DNA from: an uncultured delta proteobacterium
GTDB taxonomy: Bacteria > Desulfobacterota > Binatia > UBA9968
Direction: 5' to 3'
DNA: 64,000 bases
NCBI GenBank assembly: GCA_963816145.1
Contig: CAWFJP010000004.1
Span: 64,001-128,000 of the forward strand
A program made the translations under genes and the position numbers. Below, piece after piece: positions 59,201-64,000 of this stretch; positions within the stretch are counted from its first letter, which is position 1, and each line of letters begins with the position of its first letter. The notes beneath the pieces were generated by a model, which was not told the origin of the DNA, searched no databases, and worked only from the letters and a program-made list of their open reading frames with translations.

Positions 59201-59830
59201 AAGTTGGCGCTGCACGATCTAGAGATTCGCGGCGCCGGCAATTTACTCGGCGACCAGCAGTCGGGGCAAATCACCGCGGTCGGTTTCGAGCTTTACACCG
59301 AGATGATGCAGGTGGCGATCCAGGAACTCAAAGGCGAAGAAATTCTGCCCGAGATCGATCCGGAAATTCGTTTGGGCATCTCAGCCTATTTCCCTGACAA
59401 CTACATGCCCGATGCCAATCAGCGGCTGTATTTTTACAAGCGCTTGGCGAGCTTGAAAAACGGCGCGGAACTTGAAGATCTCAAGGCGGAGATCGAAGAT
59501 CGCTTCGGCCCCTATCCCGATGTGGTCGATAATCTGTTCCTGGTGATGAATCTGCGCCGGGTGCTCAAAGAGTTTCTCGTCCAGCAGATCAGCTACTCCG
59601 ACGGCAAGATTTTTCTTCTCTTCCATCCCGAGTCACCGGTCAAAGTCGACAAGCTGCTGGGACTGATTCACACGCAAAAAAATCGTTTCCGTTTGGCGCC
59701 CGACGGCCGTTTGTCATTCACACCGAGGAATCATGAGTGGCAGCCGCTGGCCGCCGAGGTGGCCGAGTTGCTGCGGGCGATTCGCGAAATTCCCGCGCCG
59801 CAGTGTGTCGGACCGGTGACGATCCGATAG
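56285..59830 (+). CDS. mfd: Transcription-repair coupling factor
   Basis: UvrB-homology region, DYVVHLDHGIG, CGDVGYGKTEVA, IDEEHRFG, QLRGRVGR, TRG and TRCF domains. Confidence 0.98.
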   Translation: MTDQPLSEKLGQFLRGNWTGDKRIQGIQGGARAYLLALAAAEAQRPLLVIAPSANQAENLYDDLAFFLGEERGLAPLRRRLHLFPSWEVLPFENLSPHPENIAGRLEGLYKLVEEPAPILIATPAALMQRVIPKDTLKKSYLYLVVGQELPRESLLDHVVHWGFQNVPLVEERGDFSVRGGIVDLFPPGYGRPIRLEFDGDCLESIREFNPANQRTEAVQEECILLPMKEFALKRAGIDESVRRLEQRALELEVDRRERQALIESIREGIPVAGVEFFLPFFCSNLVPVTSYLPNNTLVWFDGADRVEAESERFGQLAWERNRMVIEERRLAAPVAQLYLNEHEWRETLQPFSTVHGEALMLLAGAEKAQATTLTVESYMTTDLRQDPALHGKDVSLAPLVERLKSWSGEKVIFVAPTKGDAARLRELLGGYQVDAALIEDAIPAVLARKDIGRAIVCGNLNQGFRLPEAHLIFVTFDEIFGTRKRQPTTATKSYPSHFLSSLSELKQDDYVVHLDHGIGVYRGLKFLKVAGVEGEFLHLEYEAGDRLYLPVDRINMVQKYIGGDGAQPSLDRLGGTAWEKVKAKAKKSVLAMAEELVQLYALREARGGTAFAPPDNMYNEFEAAFEFEETPDQQRAIDDTLASMQSKKPMDRLVCGDVGYGKTEVAMRAAFLAVEGGKQVAVLAPTTILAQQHMQTFRHRFRNHPVRIEMVSRFLTSKEIAQVLSDAAKGQVDIVIGTHRLLQKDVEFRDLGLVIIDEEHRFGVVHKERLKKMRALVDVLSLTATPIPRTLHMSLVGIRDLSIIETPPVDRLAIQTYVTRYDDRVIRDAILREIERGGQVFFLHNRVETIDRLALKLSELVPEAKMAVGHGQMRPKELEKVMIDFLENKTQVLVCSAIIESGLDFPNANTIIINRADRFGLAQLYQLRGRVGRSHRHAFAYLLIPGEHAITPDAERRLRALQEIDGLGGGFKLALHDLEIRGAGNLLGDQQSGQITAVGFELYTEMMQVAIQELKGEEILPEIDPEIRLGISAYFPDNYMPDANQRLYFYKRLASLKNGAELEDLKAEIEDRFGPYPDVVDNLFLVMNLRRVLKEFLVQQISYSDGKIFLLFHPESPVKVDKLLGLIHTQKNRFRLAPDGRLSFTPRNHEWQPLAAEVAELLRAIREIPAPQCVGPVTIR

Positions 59831-59834
59831 GCGG

Positions 59835-59899
59835 ATTGGAATGATGGAGTATTTGGTTAGTGGAGTGCTGGGGGGAAATCTCCGGTCTATCACTCCAAT
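59835..59899. repeat. TGGAGT/ACTCCA short-unit palindromic repeat
   Basis: TTGGAATGATGGAGTATTTGG...TGGAGTGCT versus ATCACTCCAA. Confidence 0.55.
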
Positions 59900-59947
59900 G
59901 CATGATCTTTTGTGAACTTGGCTGAAATTGCCTTGCCGCCGAGGCGT

Positions 59948-60273
59948 ATGACACAACGCTGCTATCCCTGGGTGGTCATCGGCGTGGCATTTCTTACCGT
60001 GGCCATGGCTTTTCGTCGCGCCAGTCGCTCTATCCGACCATCGCTGCTGACCTGTTCCATGGAAGTTCGTTTGGCGCGATCATCGGTGCCATCGCCCTGT
60101 TCATAGGTGCCGGCGCCGGCATCGGTCCTTGGCCGGGCGGGGCGGTGTGTGACTGGACGAGCGGTTATTTGGGGGCGTTTTGGGTCGCCCAGATCCTGTC
60201 ATTCTTATCAGCCTGTTTCATCGCTTGGGCGGCGCGGGTGGCAACGCCGGAAAATTCCCACAAGGATCATTGA
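59948..60273 (+). pseudogene. Internally deleted MFS transporter remnant
   Basis: YPWVVIGVAFLTVAMAF (TM1) joined out of frame to TIAADLFHGSSFGAIIG...DWTSGY (last TMs), homologous to the C-terminus of the 54568 MFS. Confidence 0.75.
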
Positions 60274-60385
60274 CCGGGGGTGTCGAAGCCTCATGACCTG
60301 ACGGTGGTAGTCTGGTATTTTTCGGTTTGGCATTCTAAAATGACTATGTTAGCTGTTAGATAGCCGTCCGGAGAGGCTTTAGACC

Positions 60386-61687
60386 ATGTTCATCCGAGCA
60401 ATATTGATTGGGCTATGCCTGTTAGTGACCGCTGTTCTGCCGCACAAAACGGTGGCGGGGGTGATTGAGCAGTTGATCGTCGTAATCGATGGCGAACCTT
60501 ATACCCTCACCAATCTCCGAACCTTCGCAAAATCTCGCCTGGCAAGAGCTTTCCCAACTGGCAATTTGCAGGAAATCAATGCGGCCGATCGCGATGTCCT
60601 GGAGCAGTTTATCACGGATAAGCTGATGGAGGCGGAGGTTCGCGAGGCGGGCATTCGGGTTACGGATGTTGAAGTGGATGGTTACATTGAACAGGTTAAG
60701 AAGAACAACCGGCTCTCCGAGGAAGATTTCAAGGCTGCCCTAGCCCGTGATGGGATGAACCTAGCGAGCTATAAAATCTCGGTCAAGACGGAACTGGAAA
60801 AATCTGATGTTCTCGACCGCCAAGTCAAGCGCAAGGTGAGTATTACCGACGAGGACGTCGAGCGCTACTACAAGCTCAACTCGAAAAATTACCGTACCAA
60901 TGAACGGGCGCGATTTCGCCATATCCTGTTGACCTTATCTGAAAAAGCCCCGGCCGACCAAGTCAATGCCGTCTCTGCCAAGGCGAGGGAGTTGTACAGT
61001 AGGATTGCCGCCGGCGAAGACTTTGCCGCCATCGCACAGGAGTATTCCGAAGGCGCCGGGCGCGCCGAGGGCGGCGATATCGGCTGGGTGAATAAAGGCT
61101 CCTTGATTGCCGGGCTCGAAGAGGTCGCGTTTGAAAAGCTCAAGCCTGGTCAAGTAAGCGAACCCTTCCGCACCAGCATGGGTATCCATATTGTCAAATT
61201 GGAAGCGCGCGAAGCCGGTAGTGTGTTGCCGCTCAGCACGGTGGCGCCGAAGATCAAGCAAGAGTTGCTCAACAAAGCGCTGGAAGAGCGTTTTGCCAAA
61301 TGGCTCAAGTCCGATCTGCGGCGCAAACACCGCGTCGACATCAAGCTCGCCGGGGTTACGTACAAGCCGGAAGATTCAAAAGAAGATACCGTGAATTCGT
61401 TGATGGCGCGCTCGAACCGACCGGCGCGCCCCGCGCAGCGCTCGGTGTTAAGCTATCTTAACCCGCTGTCGTACATCGTTAAGGAAACGCCATTCGAGGA
61501 CGAGGATCCGAAAGGCCCGTTGGCGAATAAAAGCGTTGTCAGCGTCTTCGGTGCACCGTTATTCGTCACCGACAACGCTGCCGAGGCACCGGATATTTTC
61601 GCGCCGCCGCCGGACGGCGAGGAGTCCAAGGGATTATTCTCGTCGATCATCGACTCGCTCAATCCGTTCTCGTCAAAAAAGCCCTGA
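60386..61687 (+). CDS. surA: SurA-type peptidyl-prolyl isomerase/chaperone
   Basis: SurA N-domain, RHILL, FAAIAQEYS, GGDIGW, GIHIVK; lies between mfd and pdxA. Confidence 0.88.
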   Translation: MFIRAILIGLCLLVTAVLPHKTVAGVIEQLIVVIDGEPYTLTNLRTFAKSRLARAFPTGNLQEINAADRDVLEQFITDKLMEAEVREAGIRVTDVEVDGYIEQVKKNNRLSEEDFKAALARDGMNLASYKISVKTELEKSDVLDRQVKRKVSITDEDVERYYKLNSKNYRTNERARFRHILLTLSEKAPADQVNAVSAKARELYSRIAAGEDFAAIAQEYSEGAGRAEGGDIGWVNKGSLIAGLEEVAFEKLKPGQVSEPFRTSMGIHIVKLEAREAGSVLPLSTVAPKIKQELLNKALEERFAKWLKSDLRRKHRVDIKLAGVTYKPEDSKEDTVNSLMARSNRPARPAQRSVLSYLNPLSYIVKETPFEDEDPKGPLANKSVVSVFGAPLFVTDNAAEAPDIFAPPPDGEESKGLFSSIIDSLNPFSSKKP

Positions 61688-61754
61688 TCTCTTGCCTGAC
61701 CGTTCGTAAGCGGAGATAATCGACCAACTATCTCACGCGAAGTTTCGCCACCGC

Positions 61755-62777
61755 ATGCCAGCTAAACCGATTATCGCCGTAACCATGGGCGATCCGTCAG
61801 GGATCGGACCGGAAATTATTCTCAAAGCGCTCAAAGACCCGATCATCAAGAAAGTCGCCAGGCCGCTAATCCTGGGCGACTGGGGCGTGCTGCAGCGGAC
61901 GCGGCTGAGTGGAAGAAGGCCAAGATTAATTTGTTGGCAGCCCGGCCAGCGCCTCTTGCCGATGCTCGACGACCCTAAGGCGTTCACGCTCTGTTCGTTG
62001 TCGGCGCTCAGCGCCAAAGATTCACGCCCCGGTGTCGCTGCCAAGGTCGCCGGCCATGGGACGTTCAGCTATATCCGGGTGGCTGCCAAGCTGGCGCTCT
62101 CGAAAGTCGCCGACGCCATCGCTACTGCGCCGCTCAGCAAAAATATTCTCATCGATGCCGGGTATAACTATCCCGGTCATACTGAATTGCTCGGCGAGCT
62201 TGGCGGCACGCCCGAGTGCCGTATGATGCTCATCGGCGATAAGTTGCGCGTTGTACCGGTGACCGGCCATATTCCGTTGGCCAAGGTGCCGCGCAGTCTC
62301 AATCGCGAAAATATTCAAAAAACTTTTGAATTAACCTATCAAAGCTTAAAAAAATCCTTCGGCATCGCCCGGCCACGTATCGCGGTGGCGGCGCTCAACC
62401 CACACGGCGGTGAAAAGGGTAACTTTGGCGCCGAGGAGATTGAAATCATCGCACCGGCGGTGAGGGCGGCGCGCAAGCGCGGCATTCCCGTGCATGGACC
62501 GTTCCCGGCCGATAGTTTGTTTCATCATGCCGCACGCGGCGATTACGACGCGGTGGTATGCATGTATCACGATCAAGGTTTGATTCCGCTGAAATTGCAC
62601 CATTTCTACGGCGGAGTGGCACTGACTCTGGGCCCGCCATTCATTCGCACATCGGTGGACCATGGCACCGCTTACGATATCGCCGGCAAGGACAAAGCGG
62701 ATGAGACCAGTATGAGGGAAGCGATTCTCCTGGCAGCTCGCCTAGCGCGGCAAAATTCCCGACTCAAGAAAAGATGA
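61755..62777 (+). CDS. pdxA: 4-hydroxythreonine-4-phosphate dehydrogenase
   Basis: MGDPSGIGPE, GHTE, LNPH, MYHDQG, RTSVDHGTA. Confidence 0.96.
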   Translation: MPAKPIIAVTMGDPSGIGPEIILKALKDPIIKKVARPLILGDWGVLQRTRLSGRRPRLICWQPGQRLLPMLDDPKAFTLCSLSALSAKDSRPGVAAKVAGHGTFSYIRVAAKLALSKVADAIATAPLSKNILIDAGYNYPGHTELLGELGGTPECRMMLIGDKLRVVPVTGHIPLAKVPRSLNRENIQKTFELTYQSLKKSFGIARPRIAVAALNPHGGEKGNFGAEEIEIIAPAVRAARKRGIPVHGPFPADSLFHHAARGDYDAVVCMYHDQGLIPLKLHHFYGGVALTLGPPFIRTSVDHGTAYDIAGKDKADETSMREAILLAARLARQNSRLKKR

Positions 62778-64000
62778 ATCCTGTCGTGTTTCGCGAATAC
62801 GACATTCGCGGTCTAGCCGAAATCGATTTTGACCAAGAGTTCGCGTTGCTGCTCGGCAAGGTGCATGGCACGGCCATCGCCGAGACGGGCGGAACGCGTG
62901 TGACCGTGGGACGCGACTGCCGGGCGACTTCGGATGCTTATGCCGAAGCGGTGATCGCCGGTTTTGTGTCGGCGGGCCTGCAGGTTTACGATGTCGGCGT
63001 GTGTCCGTCGCCGCTGCTCTATTTTTCGCTGTTTCATCTCGATGTCGACGGCGGTATTCAAATCACCGCTAGCCACAATCCGCCAGAGTACAACGGCTTT
63101 AAAATTTGTCGGGGCAAAGACACGCTCCACGGCGAGCAGATTCAAGAGATTCGCCGCATGATGGAGCGCGGTGAATTTCGCCAGCGCCCGGGCGGTACAG
63201 TAGAGCATTTTGAAATCGTTACGCCCTATCAGAAGCATCTATTAACCGACGTACCGAAGCTGGCACGCCCGTTAAAAGTCGTTGTCGATGCCGGCAGCGG
63301 TGTCGGTGGCCCGGTGGCGCCGCCGATTTTTCGCCAATTGGGCTGTCATGTGTGGGAGATCGCTTGCGTTCCCGACGGCAATTTTCCGTTCCATCATCCC
63401 GATCCGACGGTGCCGGAAAATTTGGCGATGTTGATCGCTAAAGTCAGAAAGGAAAAGGCCGATGTCGGTATCGCCTATGATGGCGACGCTGACCGCATTG
63501 GCGCGGTCGATGAGCAGGGTAATATTCTTTGGGGCGACGAGTTGCTGGTGCTCTTTGCCCGCGACATGCTCAAGCGTAATCCCGGCGCGCTGGTGATTTC
63601 CGAAATTAAATGCTCGCAACGGCTCTATGACGATATCGCCAGGCATGGCGGCAAGTCGGTCATGTGGAAAGCTGGCCATTCCTTGCTCAAGGCCAAGATG
63701 AAAGAGACCGGCGCGTTACTAGCTGGCGAAATGAGCGGCCATATGTTTTTCAAAGAGCGCTACTTTGGTTACGACGATGCGGTGTACGCGTCGCTGCGGC
63801 TGTTAGAGATCCTCGCCAATTCCGGCAAACCGCTTTCGGAGCTGCTCGCCGATCTGCCGAAAAGCGTCTCGACGCCGGAGCTGCGCGTCGATTGTCCCGA
63901 TGACAAGAAATTCATCATCGCCGACAAGGCGACGCAATACTTTCGCCAGCATTACGATGTCGTCGATGTCGACGGCGTGCGCGTGCAGTTTCCGCAGGGC
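62774..64000 (+). CDS. algC: Phosphomannomutase/phosphoglucomutase, 3'-truncated by window edge
   Basis: My translation from ATG 62774: FREYDIRG, ITASHNP, YDGDADR, GEMSGH; absent from the ORF track because no stop codon falls in the window. Confidence 0.93.
   Translation, partial: MNPVVFREYDIRGLAEIDFDQEFALLLGKVHGTAIAETGGTRVTVGRDCRATSDAYAEAVIAGFVSAGLQVYDVGVCPSPLLYFSLFHLDVDGGIQITASHNPPEYNGFKICRGKDTLHGEQIQEIRRMMERGEFRQRPGGTVEHFEIVTPYQKHLLTDVPKLARPLKVVVDAGSGVGGPVAPPIFRQLGCHVWEIACVPDGNFPFHHPDPTVPENLAMLIAKVRKEKADVGIAYDGDADRIGAVDEQGNILWGDELLVLFARDMLKRNPGALVISEIKCSQRLYDDIARHGGKSVMWKAGHSLLKAKMKETGALLAGEMSGHMFFKERYFGYDDAVYASLRLLEILANSGKPLSELLADLPKSVSTPELRVDCPDDKKFIIADKATQYFRQHYDVVDVDGVRVQFPQG

Overview
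GC-rich bacterial chromosome window. Gene style (orphan SsuA/NMT1 binding protein, LLM oxidoreductase, amidohydrolases, many REP-like hairpins, mfd-surA-pdxA order) suggests a Binatia/deltaproteobacteria-like organism; this is inference. Housekeeping genes lie at both ends (glyQS; nth; mfd, surA, pdxA, PMM/PGM). Between them are an ECF sigma/anti-sigma/DUF3106/DUF1800/DUF1501 operon and a ~16 kb metal (probably zinc) acquisition island at ~10.0-26.4 kb: MerC-domain protein, Zrg/PA4063-66-like ABC system, outer-membrane porin, ZnuABC-like transporter, ZIP, CDF and lgt. The main finding is three paralogous 98-aa upstream ORFs (10084, 10918, 19382), one heading each + strand metal-uptake unit. 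Each sits directly behind a sigma70-type promoter (apparently leaderless) and has a hydrophobic N-segment, HxH, CxC-L-x-G-x-R-x-Q, an invariant 44-residue spacer and a C-terminal RGPP arrest-type motif. In two of them the Pro-Pro-region codons can base-pair with the Shine-Dalgarno of the next gene. This looks like a metal-sensing ribosome-stalling attenuation system related to, but distinct from, the CxxC/RAPP DUF2946 leaders. Other oddities: a ZnuB permease fused to an internal lipoprotein, a secreted copy of an anti-sigma tail motif, a nested MITE, and several frameshifted or deleted genes. No rRNA, tRNA or CRISPR array was recognised.
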